Source of the DNA: Lingula anatina
Taxonomy: Eukaryota; Animalia; Brachiopoda
NCBI GenBank assembly: GCA_051362555.1
Contig: CM120641.1
Span: forward strand, 3,968,001 to 4,032,000
Direction: 5' to 3'
DNA: 64,000 nt
Below, one piece after another: positions 11,457 through 24,200 of this stretch. Position 1 is the stretch's first letter. Each line of letters begins with the position of its first letter. Position numbers and translations under genes: made by a program. The notes under the pieces are model-generated. The model ran no database searches, was not told where the DNA came from, and saw only the letters and a program-made list of their open reading frames with translations.

Positions 11457-11545
11457 GTAGATGTTGATACTCACTGACCGCTAGCTGGTATAGGCTACCA
11501 CCTACATAGGCTACCACCTAGCGATCAGTGAGTGTCAACATCTAC
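11457..11545. mobile_element. MITE-like hairpin with 28-bp inverted arms in intron 2 of A (orthologous copy 44478-44585 in D)
   Basis: GTAGATGTTGATACTCACTGACCGCTAG ... CTAGCGATCAGTGAGTGTCAACATCTAC, with 2 mismatches. Confidence 0.7.
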
Positions 11546-11550
11546 ATCTT

Positions 11551-11877
11551 GCCCCAGGCAATTTTGCCCATGTGCCTGTTTTGTTATGCTAGCCAATCCA
11601 TCTGAATGGTTCCCATGTAACAACCCAGCCTGGCTATTTGGCATGTCAACGGCTTGGTGATATAGGTATCCCTCTTGACTTAGGAGCCGCATATTTAAAT
11701 ATAATTAATGTTGGAATATTTCATTGGTCACGCTAGGTATGTCAGTGTTCCACTACTGTCATCCCAAATCTACACGATAATCGGTTGCCTAGTACTTATG
11801 TAATAGTAAAATTAAACTATGGGTACCCTTGTAGCAATGTACGTAATTGCGTTAGGGTGACACTTTTGCTTGGGAAG
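11551..11877 (-). mobile_element. Tc1-like relic, 5' part plus one TIR (also ~44591-44925 in D)
   Basis: Overlaps in sequence with 21010-21077 and ends in GGGTGACACTTTTGCTTGGGAAG|TA, the inverse of the TIR at ~19974. Confidence 0.55.
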
Positions 11878-12053
11878 TATACGATTCAACTTTTCACTTT
11901 CTACAGTAAATTTAAGCTTTACAAAGCTTAATTTAGTGTGGAAAATGAAAAAATTTAATCTTAAAACAATCAACGAATCACTCAGATTAATTTCCAATAG
12001 TAAGTAATTTGTTTTTACATTTAAAGTACATAAAGTTGACTTTGACATTTCAG

Positions 12054-12656
12054 GCACAGTGCTTTGCCTCAAAAACTATGGAACAAGACCAGTGTTTTTC
12101 GCCTGTAGTTGGTGTCTTCAATGGTTATTACGACTTAAAGCTATTGATTGTCCCCCAAGATGAACTGTACGTTCTTAAAAACCGCATTGATTGGACTGAC
12201 TGTAAATCAATAGCGGAAAAAGCATTACCTTATAGTTTTTCCTATTCCAAACGGGGTGAATGGGCATTTTTGGAAGAGAAGGTCACATGTACGGGCTTGA
12301 CAGCTGATACGAACGTCACGAGTGCCAAGACCTTTGCAAGAACAGCATATGTCTATAATATCCCAGTTGTTTTAAAAAGAAAAATCAACAGATACGGTCA
12401 GGGTATAACCCATTTTGAATCGTTGCAAGATGAGGTTGTCAAGTATCTCCAACAGAAGAGTGTGATTAGCCATAACGGGGTAAATTACAAAGTAAGCCTC
12501 ATCCGGGAAGAGCGGCAAATTTGTGAAAACATTGACCGTGACATAGAGGCTAATACGATGCCGCCGCATTCCTTTGCAACTGACCATCGTGTCACTTATT
12601 TCGTTATTGTGATATGCTCCAGCGTCGCCCTGATGTACTTTTTGCTATCTAAATGA
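12054..12656 (+). CDS. Copy A coding exon 3 (AQCFASKTMEQDQC...FVIVICSSVALMYFLLSK*)
   Basis: TTTCAG|GCA acceptor at 12053/12054, phase 0. Paralog similarity starts exactly here; C-terminal hydrophobic tail. Confidence 0.85.
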   Translation, partial: AQCFASKTMEQDQCFSPVVGVFNGYYDLKLLIVPQDELYVLKNRIDWTDCKSIAEKALPYSFSYSKRGEWAFLEEKVTCTGLTADTNVTSAKTFARTAYVYNIPVVLKRKINRYGQGITHFESLQDEVVKYLQQKSVISHNGVNYKVSLIREERQICENIDRDIEANTMPPHSFATDHRVTYFVIVICSSVALMYFLLSK

Positions 12657-14581
12657 AAAAACAGTCTCTTAGGGTAGTGTCCTTATGCTAACTGCGCAAG
12701 AACGTCACGCCTTGGCGTCTATTTTGTTGTACATTGCATCAGCAGCTTGTGCTTGCGATCTAGCAATTCACGAAAGTTGGCGTTAAACGGTTGGCTAAAA
12801 TTGCCTCACAAATGCTTTCCATCACTTTTTGACAATATCTGCCCTTGTTACATGTACATATACCGATGCGGGGGCGAGTAAAGTCGTTGAAAAACTTTGT
12901 TTTCCAAACTTAAAAAATACAATAAGGAAATGGGAAAAATCAGTTACATCGTCAAACTGGTTGGAACATACGAACAAAATTTACATGGCTACCTGTCATT
13001 TTCATTTTGTTGTAAAGTAATTGATTTACACTTTTACTAATCGCAGAAAATGATTTAAATGGAATCAAATGAGTGAAAGAATAGGGAGTTATTGAGTGTA
13101 AGTTAAACTTCCTTATGAGTTTACAAGCGTAGAAATTGTTTTCATGATAGGAAAAGATGGAACATGTCAAAGTCACTTATAGTTCGATTTGACTGACTGA
13201 TCTCTCAATAGATTTGCAAGTTTCTGACACGTGTTAAACACATGCAAACTAAGGATGGATATGGTACAAGCATGAGTAATCCAAATAATATTTAAATATT
13301 TTTAAATGAAAACAAGTCTCTTAGAAATTACCTAATAGGGAAATGTTGCATGGTGGTTTGCAACATGAGAATGAAAAATTCCTTGTAATCGCACAAAGAC
13401 AACAAATGAATGCATGATCATTACGGAGAAATAAATTCTTGTGAAATAAATACTTGTGAAATTGTATGAAAAAGACAGTCGGTGAATAAACGCCTGAAAT
13501 TTTCATTCATGTCTGTCATATGCAATTAAGACCATGTGTAGGAAATATGGACTACCAGTATGAGCACACTTCATGTTTGAAGAAAAATTTAAATATATAC
13601 CTGTATTTAATGCTTCTATGGTATTTGAATATTTGAAATGTATCTTAAGGACATTACCTTAAACGTTCAAACAGAAACCATATCAAAGTTATTTCTTTTT
13701 ATATGAAAATATGTAATATTACCCCACTTACTTTACATTATGCAAGATTTGACAAGCCTACTAAACGATCTGGTCGTTTGTTACTTGGATCCGCGAATTA
13801 GTGATTCCTATCGCCGTATTTACGACTTCGTGTTCTGAGTGTGCAAATACTGACTCCAAGCATCGCATCATTGATTTGAGAGATCGACTTTCATCCGTGT
13901 CTCTCGCCATTTATGCTTTGGTTCCTTTTCTTGATCGCAAGGTACTTTCTATATGGCGAAGGAAGAACTGCTTTGGTACCGGGACCTGGTCAACCACCAC
14001 TGGAATCAATTGGTTTTGCTGAAAAATCAAGGTTTTTCTTATATCGGGCATGAGGTTCCGTAGACAAGATGCAGAATGCCTCTTGAAAGGGTACTGAGTA
14101 TGTGTAGGATAATATTGCAAATGGTGTCGCATCAGTCCGTGTTTTGAAAACATTCCAAGCCAGCAAGGTCTTAGTAAACTGTTCCTTCTGGAAAGTTTTC
14201 GGGGCATTATACTGTATTCTCAGCAGATATATCACTGTATTTGCAAGAGGTGACTTTGGGGGTAACTCTAGGCTTCATCATTGTATAAAATAGATTTCTA
14301 TTTTCATTACAAGTTAACTTAACCGAGTATAATTCGGATGGCGTATAGTAATGTCTGTGGCAAACACATATCTCCTCGACAGTTCTCGTGGGATCTCCAT
14401 AAGTGCACTAAAGCTACGGCAAGGGCATTACGTTCAGGTAACATATAAGTGTTAGCATAAGTCCTTTAAATTTTAATATACAAAGGTTCACAATAATATT
14501 GCATGGTGAAAGCCTTCAGAGATGACCGTTTGACAGATTGTTATTATTATACCAGAGTTGAAAGCACTTATCCACCACCTC

Positions 14582-15026
14582 CCCAGCGGGCAAATTATGT
14601 TGTTTTAACGTTGAATATATATAAACCTTGGAAATCCTAACTTAAATGTCATGCCTATAAACCCTACATATATTTAGCAATCAGACATGTCCTACTGCTA
14701 AACACATCCAGGCTAAAAGGGTGTACCATGCTTAGGTGCAAAACATGCTTAGGAGCTAAATACGTTGAAAAGATGAGACAAAGCAGGCACTTGGATAATT
14801 TTACAGTGTACGTTATAATTGTGTACCTTTGTTTTGTACCAAAAATAAAAAATATTTCAGGTCATTTTAATGTCTTTTATTGCAAGAATGTTGTCTAACA
14901 ACTGTGGTTAATACAACGTTTTTCTCTGACGTTGATCCAACTTTCAAATCCAACGTTCATCCAACGTCTTATCAACGTTATGGTTTAACGTTGTTTCATC
15001 GTTAAAACAACAATTTGCCCGCTGGG
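14582..15026. mobile_element. Non-autonomous TIR element with CCCAGC ends (EnSpm/CACTA-like) upstream of copy B
   Basis: CCCAGCGGGCAAATT..TGTTGTTTTAACG ... CGTTAAAACAACAATTTGCCCGCTGGG, with many internal AACGTT motifs. Absent from the paralogous site before E. Confidence 0.75.
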
Positions 15027-15577
15027 TTTTTTTTCTGGTCTCCCTATACAAGTAAAAAGAAAATCAAAGCCCTAATGCCTGTCACGAAGGGATCACTGAA
15101 GTCTAAAAATTAATCACGCAATCTGTCAACTATTACGAAACTAGATCTGATTAAATGTTAACCATAGGTAAAGTTCACATAGAAATTACCTCACCTCAGC
15201 ACCTTTCTATAAAGTGTAGGTCAGAGTCTTATTTCAAAAAACGAAAGTCTTAACAACAAATAAAGGAAATTTTAAGACATCTGAGTTAATTTGTTTGGAC
15301 GCATTTAAGCATAACAATCTTTTAGGGTTCGAATCACAGGTCTATCATCAAGGGTAGAGGTCTAGAAGTAATGGGAATAAGTCTGAGTTATGTACTTCCC
15401 GAAAAAACATTGCCATGACAATGAGCAAAATTAATCATCAACCAATAAAAAACGTCGACTTTGTTCTGGAGAATATATATCTGTTGAAGGAGGCAACGAC
15501 TAACATGATGATTTGCAGCCTGTAGTGCACAAGTGTCTACCTTGTTTATTGGCGGCATCAACTCAAAGACCATCAAT

Positions 15578-16856
15578 ATGTCTGCATTGTCTTTGTTTTT
15601 CCTTTTGGTATTGGGAGCAATCTGTTGTAGTCAACATCCCATACTGAATGTCCTTCAAAACAGCATATTTGCAGGTACAACAACTCCTGCAAACAGATTT
15701 TTACAAAATCAGATGAGATACAGCCCGACTTTGTTGACTCCAGCTGGAAGTATGGGGACAAAAGACAGTTTACGGGAAAAGGAGACGCTCCGAAAAGCTA
15801 TCCAAACTATATCAAAACGTTCGTTCTCCAGACAACGTAGAAAGGCAAATGGAATCGGAATAACAACAGTCAACAGTACTGAACTCACGAAGAGAATAAA
15901 TCTACAGCAAAACAACAGTGAATCAAGTCTAATACCAATTTTTGAAACGTTTCAAGCTTCCCCTAACACCAGCTCCTTGGACGATTCCTCCGAAGTCAGG
16001 CGTTTTGCACATTTTTGGAATAGATCACAATTCCTGTTCCCTGCAAACAAAAACTTTTGTTTAATGCGGAACGGCGGCGACATTTCATGGCAACACATCA
16101 CATGTTACTGTGACTCATTTTGCGAAATATTTAATGATTGTTGCCTGCCATATCTGTCTTGCAATGAAATGCCAACTGATCGTAATGTAACAGCGATCAA
16201 ACAATTAAATGTCACAAGAAATCAGGTGGAATGCAGATCCCAGAGTACGAAAGTTAACCAAGAAAATGTGTCAACAACGAAGTTCCGACAGCTAGGGCTC
16301 AGTTATTTCTGGATGGTCTCATCTTGCTCGAGTAGAACCCACAGCTCAACTCTCCGCCAAAAATGCGAGTTTTCAGGGTTCACAACTGACCTTGACCTTC
16401 TCAGTCCTGTGTCGGACCCTGTAACACAACTTGCTTTTAAAAACAAATACTGTGCTGCTTGTAACAATGTAGTTGACACTTCAGTATGGGAGACTATGTT
16501 TAAATGCGCTCCTATTAATTCTGACGTTTACGAGATAGTCATTAACATAACTTCAATAAAGGATCTTCTTGAGCGTATTGAGTTTACCGAACAATGTTCA
16601 CTTTATTTCAAATCACCAAAAGAAATCCCAGGAAGGCCGTGCGCTCTTTAAGGTAGTGGTCACCATGATGGGATTCGGCGGTTTAGCACGTGTGGTCCGG
16701 AAAACATTTTTCTTCAAGAACGGTGCCAAAACGCTCCAATTACAATGATGCAGTATTTTAAAGTTCCTGGGAGCTTACTATACAGCAGAAATGTTTTCTG
16801 TTGGTTGTGCCGCCTTCTTGTTATGCCCATCAATATGACAGATTGCGAAGATTTTG
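15578..16856 (+). pseudogene. Copy B exon 1 with a premature TAA at 16649-16651
   Basis: Near-identical to copy E exon 1, but AAA(K) in E (56789-56791) is TAA here. The frame continues intact to the GTGGGT donor at 16857. Confidence 0.7.
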
Positions 16857-17070
16857 GTGGGTCATTCACTTAATGTGATCTTCTTCAAGTAATGATGTTG
16901 CCTATTTATGTGCCTTTATTGACAGTTTTAATTATTATCATGATAATATAAGCTGGTGAATGCAGAATAGAATGCTTTCAAAATCTGTTAAGTTTTTTTA
17001 GATTATCTTTATTTGCATAAAATATATTTTTGGTAACCAGAAAGGAAATGTATTTTTGACGAACTTTCAG

Positions 17071-17168
17071 CTGGTCCAACAATAAATCGTGGATTTGACC
17101 CTCTCGAATTGGGAGTACTAATTGATGTATCGCACGAAAAGGACTGGTGTAAGCCACAAACAGGCACA
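17071..17168 (+). pseudogene. Copy B exon 2 (98 bp)
   Basis: TTTCAG and GTAAGT boundaries; reads (A)GPTINRGFDPLELGVLIDVSHEKDWCKPQTGT. Confidence 0.75.
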
Positions 17169-17939
17169 GTAAGTAACCGATCATAACAAGTGTTGTTAAA
17201 CTTTCTTGTCTTTTCTTGTGTCATTTGTTTAATCAGCCTTTTCTCTAAATGTCATGTGGCTCCATAAGAATTTTTTTTGAGTCATCTCATAGCCTTGAGT
17301 CATCTCATAGCCTTAAATTCAAACTGTAATTCTGTTTTATTTATAGATACTGTTTGTTCTTAATTGTCTATGTAATACCATCTTCTCTTTTACCTATTTA
17401 ATTGACCATCTCCATTTATTTCTTGATTGAATACACACTTTGCCAATAATTGATGTTTGAAAGCATTATATGAGAAATAATAATATCATAAAATGCCAGC
17501 GTATGCTACTTTTCATCCCATTCATCCAAACACTGTCCGTGGGCACCAATGGGGAGTAATTATGCCTAGGTAGTTATCTAATTTGTTGTTAGTAATTTGT
17601 TGGCAAATTCTGTCCCTGGCACGTTCAACGTAAACTTATGAGTAAAAGCGTGAAAAAATGTAGGAATTCTACTTTGTTTTAAATTGTTCATTCCACAAAG
17701 TTATTTCCGTATAGCTTTTGACAAAAATATGCATGTTATCTTCATGTTACCATAAAGAAAGTCCGTTACATATTGCCCACTTATCGCAAATATTATGCTT
17801 TAAAATGGTAAAATAAGAAGGGGAAATTACAAACAAATGTTAAAAAATGATGATGTAAATCCCCTATGCGTACACCGTATACATATACCTGTACATATAA
17901 CACACGTGGTTTATGCGCTCGTGCAGGGAACCTACATAT

Positions 17940-19160
17940 CTCAGACAATACAAAAAGTATTTACATATTTCCAGGATACGTTTTGGAAACGTTAACGTGT
18001 ATATCGTTTTGAAACGTTTTTAAACGTTTTTGGTAACGTCATGAATATGTATATCTTTCCTGATGTTTTAAACACGTTTTGATAATGCTGTGAATAAGTG
18101 AAAAAAAAAATAAAACAAATTAACATTTCCAAAACGTTTTCTAAAAACTTTTTTGAAAAGTTTGCAATACTTTTGCATAACATTTTACCATTTTTTAAGC
18201 TGACTGCTTTTTGGGGGGTGTGCTGCGTATAGCTCACCATGACTATATTGCCATTGGAAATATACGTTCCCCAGATTTCGATGTGTTAAGGCGGACCATT
18301 TTATGGATAGGGTTAAATAACCGTCAAAAACTTCACTTCTCTCAAAAATCCACAGGTGGATTTTTTTACCCCTGTGTTAGCTTTCCTTGCGAGTACATTT
18401 ATTAGAATTTCATTCTTAAAATGAAGATAAAACAGTTCATCGGAAAAACATACAATTATCAAGATTTCTTTAAAACGCCTTCAGAATAATTGTGATAAAA
18501 TTCGTTTTTACAGTCTATTTTATCCTTCTCCGAAATAACGAACACTAAAACTTTAAGGTTTATTCAGTTTAATGATTTATTTAAGCTTTTCATCACATGT
18601 CGATAATTTCGCGAAGGTTAAAAGTACCTAAAGTCCAAAGGATTTAATAACCGCACCACCCAAGTCACCCACTGACCCCAAACCCAATTTGTAAAAAGCC
18701 AGTAGTTGTAGATCAAACAACGTGAGACGCTTGCGGCCTAACATTGGGCTGGCAACGATTGCCACTGAGACTGTGCCCAACGCTGCCGATGTCGATACCA
18801 GCTGCTTACTGTCTCGATAAATATAACCGACAAACTGCAAATCGTAGTGAAGCAAAATTTGAAGTCCTTTATGCATATTTTAGTTAACAAAAAAGTATAA
18901 TTTGTAAATTTCATCAAAATTTATAAACGTTAATAAAACGTTCTTACAACGTTTCTCCGATCAATGATAAAAACACTGACAGCCCATCAGCTAGCCAAAA
19001 ATATTATATAGTGTTGTCAGAATAACGTTAAAGAACGTTATCTTGTGGAGTTTTTTAACATTTTTATATAGCTAAGTTTTTATAGCTAAGAGAAAAGATA
19101 TATTAACGTTATGATAACGTTATCTTATGGAAAAAACGTTTTAGATATGTTTTTGTCACC
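17940..19160. mobile_element. Decayed AACGTT-rich non-autonomous element(s) in intron 2 of B (also ~58080-59300 in E)
   Basis: Clusters of AAAACGTT/AACGTTTT at both ends; mostly absent from A/D introns. The ends are imprecise. Confidence 0.4.
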
Positions 19161-19973
19161 TACAATTAGACAAACAAAATTACTTTATTTAATTTTTAAA
19201 AATAACAAAGCTTACAAATAAATGGATACTCAAAAAGTTCAAAGAAAGTCGACTTCAAGCACTGCAGTGTTCTAATAACTTTAAAAGAAACATCTTCATT
19301 ACGTTAACATACATTTTACTATGGCCAAACATGGTCAAGATACTGCTATTATACATATATACTCCATCAGTCATTATGGAATGGATGAAAAATATTCGTA
19401 TGGGAAGTAAATTTCCCCAATAAATGCATTATAAACAACACATAAAAATGTAATAATTGCATTTACCACCAAAATGGCGGTTTAACGTAATATCCGGATA
19501 TCGCAAAACAAATCTAGAGGACCGACATTAATTGCTATCCTCCGAAATAACCTCTTAAGAGATTTTTTTAAACCCAAAAGTTTTTAAGTCGATTAACTTT
19601 GAATGGATTCATCAGTCAGGAATCAGGAAATTTTATGACACTTTTTCCGTCAAAATGAAGAGTCGTCATCTCTTTAACAATATTTTGTTAAAAGTTATAT
19701 GTACAATTGAAATAAACTCTTCACAAACTATATTGGTGTTCATTCAAAACAATAACTTTTTAAACACCCCAATTATCCTATTGGTCTAAAAAAAGATGTT
19801 TTTAAAAAACTTAATAATTATTATTCTAATTTTTTTTCAAAACGTTATGTGTCATCTGGGATGATGAGCAATCCAAACGTGTAGTATACGATAGTCACAG
19901 CCACGCATATTTACCCCCCATTGGTGCGAGTGGGCCCAAGGAAAAGATTTTAAAAGTTATAGCCTACATGTTA

Positions 19974-21077
19974 CTTAATCGCCTAGCAAAAACAGTGTCA
20001 CCCCTAATTCAATGCGTAAAGTGATACAGAGAATCACGTCATGAGCCAATGTTTTGTATTCAGCTTCTAAGAGGATATTTTTAAAAGTTTAACCATTGTA
20101 CCACCAATGAATAAACTAACCATAGTAAAAAATCGAGGCCACATTTTAGTATTTGGTACAGTATTCTCGGGCCTGGAGGGCGCACCTGTTCGCGTCTGTG
20201 TCTGGATTCAACAAGTTCTGCAACGTTTGCGGAGTGGTGGCATTCCACATACGGTACAAAGATAGTATAAGATCATTTTTGTTTGTAGAGTCATCCCTCA
20301 GATATCAATATCCGAGGACATCCCAAGCTTTAATTATCTTTGATTCTCAATGAGGTTCTGTTCTGGGGATTGAGCCGGACCTATGAGGTTTGGATTGGGT
20401 TCGCACATAACTAGACTATTGTTGCATTGGCTGCACATGGAGTAGCACGATCATCCTGATGCATAAATGGGTGATCAAGATATCCTCGACAGAATTCCTT
20501 TCCAGTAATTGAAAGCAAGGGCCTGCGTTAAGGTTCCCTTTGACCACTGTCAGCTGGCACTCACTATAGTAGCCAGTGCACCCATGCATGACTTATGTGG
20601 GGTGCGTCCTGTCGACTGGAGACAGAAAATTGGGAATATACAGGGTACTTCTTACCTGCTGTTCTCGAAATCCCTACGCAACCATAAATTCTGACAAAGC
20701 TTAGCCTGCTTTCATCTGAGAACAGTATCAATACCCAGCTATTGGATGGTGTACATTCCAGAGTTCCAGTATACCATCTGACTCGACGGACGTAGACTGT
20801 TCCTGTATCGACGATCACTGTTTTCCTCACAAAAACCCTGTCAAAATAACGGCAATCGTGCAGACGTCTCCTGGTGGTAGCTCGGAAACATTGTGTGTTC
20901 TGTTCTTGATAAATGTGGCAGTCAAATTTCGAAATGTCATGAAACGTTTTTTACGAGGAAAGCATTTTCACATTCTCTCTTCTCTGGGTGTGGTTTCTTT
21001 TGGTCGGCCTTACCCAGGCAATTTATCCATATGCCAGTATGGTTATGCTGCTGCCTATCCATCTGAATGGTGCTCAT
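19974..21077 (-). mobile_element. Tc1/mariner transposase pseudogene with one TIR, intron 2 of B
   Basis: Minus-strand fragments GRPKETTPREER, WVLILFSDESR, FMHQDD and PAQSPEQNLIEN correspond to the Tc1 motifs GRPRKT, W..V.FSDESKF, FQQDN and WP..SPDLNPIE. Confidence 0.8.
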
Positions 21078-21263
21078 ATATAATATTCTTTCACTTTCAC
21101 TTTCTACAGTAAATTAAAGGTTAACCTTACATAGCTTAATTTGGTGTAGAAAATGAAGAGTTTAATCTTATAATATTATCAACAGACCACACAGATTAAC
21201 TTTCATCAGAATAGTCAGTTTTTGTCTTCACATTTTCAGTGCATAGAGTTTGTATGTTGACTA

Positions 21264-24200
21264 CCGTACTCGGATTAAGAATGTGTACATTTACCCCGTG
21301 GACCATTTGAAGATTACACTGCGATTAATGCGGTGGAAAATACAATAGAGAGAGTGTATAATGATAGGGTCGCTAAACGATTGTTGACGGCATATAGTAA
21401 CTAGCCTAATCCCTTGGTCGCCTGGGTAGCCACGCCCCCTTAGAGTACTTATGTAAACAAACGGTCTCCCGTAGCGAACTATCCTTTTGTTCAACAGCTT
21501 CGCGCGTGCAGCTGATTATGTATGTAGTGACACTATAGCTAACTGCATATAAATTTGTGCTAGCTGTTATTTGATTCATTCTGCTGTGTCAGATGTTGTG
21601 GATCAGCCCACTGGTTCGTTGACTTCTGTTTTTCTGAAGATTGGTGGTGCAGATTTTGAGTGCTTAATTATGTACCCTCCTTCTAACAAGAGAAAGGGGA
21701 AGGGAGATAAAAAGAGAGAGTGTCAAATGAAACGGGTAATGAGTAATACATTACATTAAATAAAGGGACTCGCGGTGGAAGAAACGATAGACTGTTTTGC
21801 ATCAAGGTATGCCATTATAATCCGACATGGCCCATAACATGATCTATAACATGACTCATTGTTGTATGCCTTATATTTGTGCCGACTAATATTTTACTCT
21901 CGTTCATTTCGTGAAACTATTTCCTTAAAATAAAGTTTTGCCTGTATAAATTAACTTTGTGACATGAAGTAATTAATAAAACGCGCCTGTTGAAAAGGGG
22001 GCTTTTCGTAACTAATAAAGGTTCACTATTCAGAAAAATATCGTCGCCGTTCGTCGCCGCTACCTTCAGGAAAGCGTACCCTCCGCGTGGATCACCGGCA
22101 TTTTTGATTATCTGACAAATTAGGGCAATTTACGTTTTAGCTAATAATTCTGAATTTACTAATATTTTGGACTAAATTCGATGTCAGATTCATAGCAATG
22201 ACGGAGAGCCGACAGAGTAACTGTTTAATTTTCTAAACTAATCAAACTAGAACGCGTGGCGATAAAATGTGTCGCTAGATCTTGTAAACACTCAGCGAAA
22301 TGCACCTAGTGACTATATTCAATGTGCCGTCACTTAATTGCTTTCTCGATTTCATTAATTGACGATAGTAATTGCAGATAACAAGGAAGAGGAAATGCTG
22401 AAGACAAAACAACGTCGGGTCTTTGTGTGACTTTCTCCCTAAACACTTTTTATGTTGCTGTCAAAGAAAAAGGAGTCTAGATAGCGATTATTTAAACCAC
22501 TGCTGCTGCTTTTGCAGGTAGACTTCCTCGTTTATCATTTAAATGCTCCCCTCCCCCAGCAGACCCAACTTGATGCATGTACGTCTTGGTAGCTATAGTA
22601 CAGATCTTGGTTCAAGTAATGAAAGGTTTAAGCACAAAACGATAATTTGAGGCTATTTTTTCATTCAAGACAAAATAAAGTATCTATGGTGTGTGACAAT
22701 ACAAGCTTAATTTGTCCTTAAATATATATTCCAGTAGCATAGGCGAGCGACGTAATTGTAACCTCAACTTGAGGTATCCTCGATGAAAGCGGAGTACAAA
22801 AATTAACTTTTTTAAATATCGATTACAACATGCTGTACAATGATATTGAGACTAAAGGGTTTAATGGACTTCTTTGCCTTAAAAGCAATTCATTTCAAAA
22901 TTAAAAGAAACAGTTTTTTTCGGGGAGCGCGGGTAGACAGTTTACGTCAGGTGATTAGTTAAAGTCGAGGAGTGTTTCACTATCAAATGTGTAAATCATA
23001 TATGTCATAAAACACTATAAGAAAGTTTTTTGTTACGATCTGCAACATTTGTTCATTTATATAGCAGGGCGAAGTTAAAGCCAGAGGTAAATAGAACCTA
23101 ATACCGTAATCCTCCTCGTCCATTTATTTAAATCGTATCAAAACGTTTGATACACAATGTTCATTAAATTAATAATTTTAGCGATTTATTAAAACCATAT
23201 TGGTACATAAAAGTTTAAGATTAGCATAAGTTAAGCAACAACCAGTATGAAGAACAACACCCTTTTTAAATGAGGCAAGACACCCTCTTCACACTGATTA
23301 TAACCTTGAGAAAGACATTATGCAACTTAAGGTAAAGGAGTTCTTTCATCTCGTGTGTGAATACAACACATTCTTTGTCACTTTTACAAGACAATGGAGG
23401 CGAGCAAGTAGAGTAATTACAATACACAATAAAAAGGACATTAGTATAGAAAGCTTACTTCGGGTCAGCCCTTTGCTTGTTCGAATGAAAGAGATACCTG
23501 TAGATATCGCGCCGCGACTCCCTTTATTAAACCTTCGTGTGTTTGTGTAAAAGTGTGAAAGACAGGCAACGGTCTTTAGTCGCTGTTGATATTGTTCGCG
23601 ATTAATATTGAAGTGTAACTCCTTCGCCTGCATGTAAACGTGTTACTTTTCCTCATGTTCTCTATATTTCTTTTAGGTGGTTGAGACAATGGGATGAGAT
23701 CGATAAAAGTAAAGATTAATCTAAACAATTAGATGCGATTTTTGTGAAATGACTTATTAAGTGATGTGCATGTACCTAGCATGTTTAAATTCTTGAATTT
23801 CTAATTTGTTAAATCTTTCATACACGGCCTCATATATGTATTACTCTCAGGCCTTCGATATTATTGTGTTACACGGGACTCCTGGAAACCTGAAGCACAG
23901 GTCTACGGAGTCTTGTTATCCTTCATGCAGTTTTATGGCTGGGATGAACACTGCGAAGTAGAAACAGGCTTTACTTAGCTTTACTTGATGCACGACAGTT
24001 TAAACAAAACCAGTCTGCAAGGCTTGCTTTGATTTGGCGTTACCCTTACACTGGTTTAAAAAGAACAAATATAGATATGTTCGATGGATTAGATGCCGGC
24101 TTTGTTATATTTTAACATTTGCATTTGCACAGTTACACAGATAATATTTTTAAAGTGTCTGTCGTTCAGCACGCATTATAGGCGAATAGCTAAATAGTGA

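Noticed and set aside
12009-12053. N-terminal extensions of ORF-track entries (TTG/GTG starts before exons 1 and 3)
   Set aside because: These are non-ATG starts in intronic or UTR sequence and are not conserved between subfamilies.
13911-14235. Minus-strand ORFs (98 and 81 aa) repeated at 53770-54094
   Set aside because: Their conservation reflects the recent duplication; the older paralogous block at 6050-6320 has frameshifts and stops.
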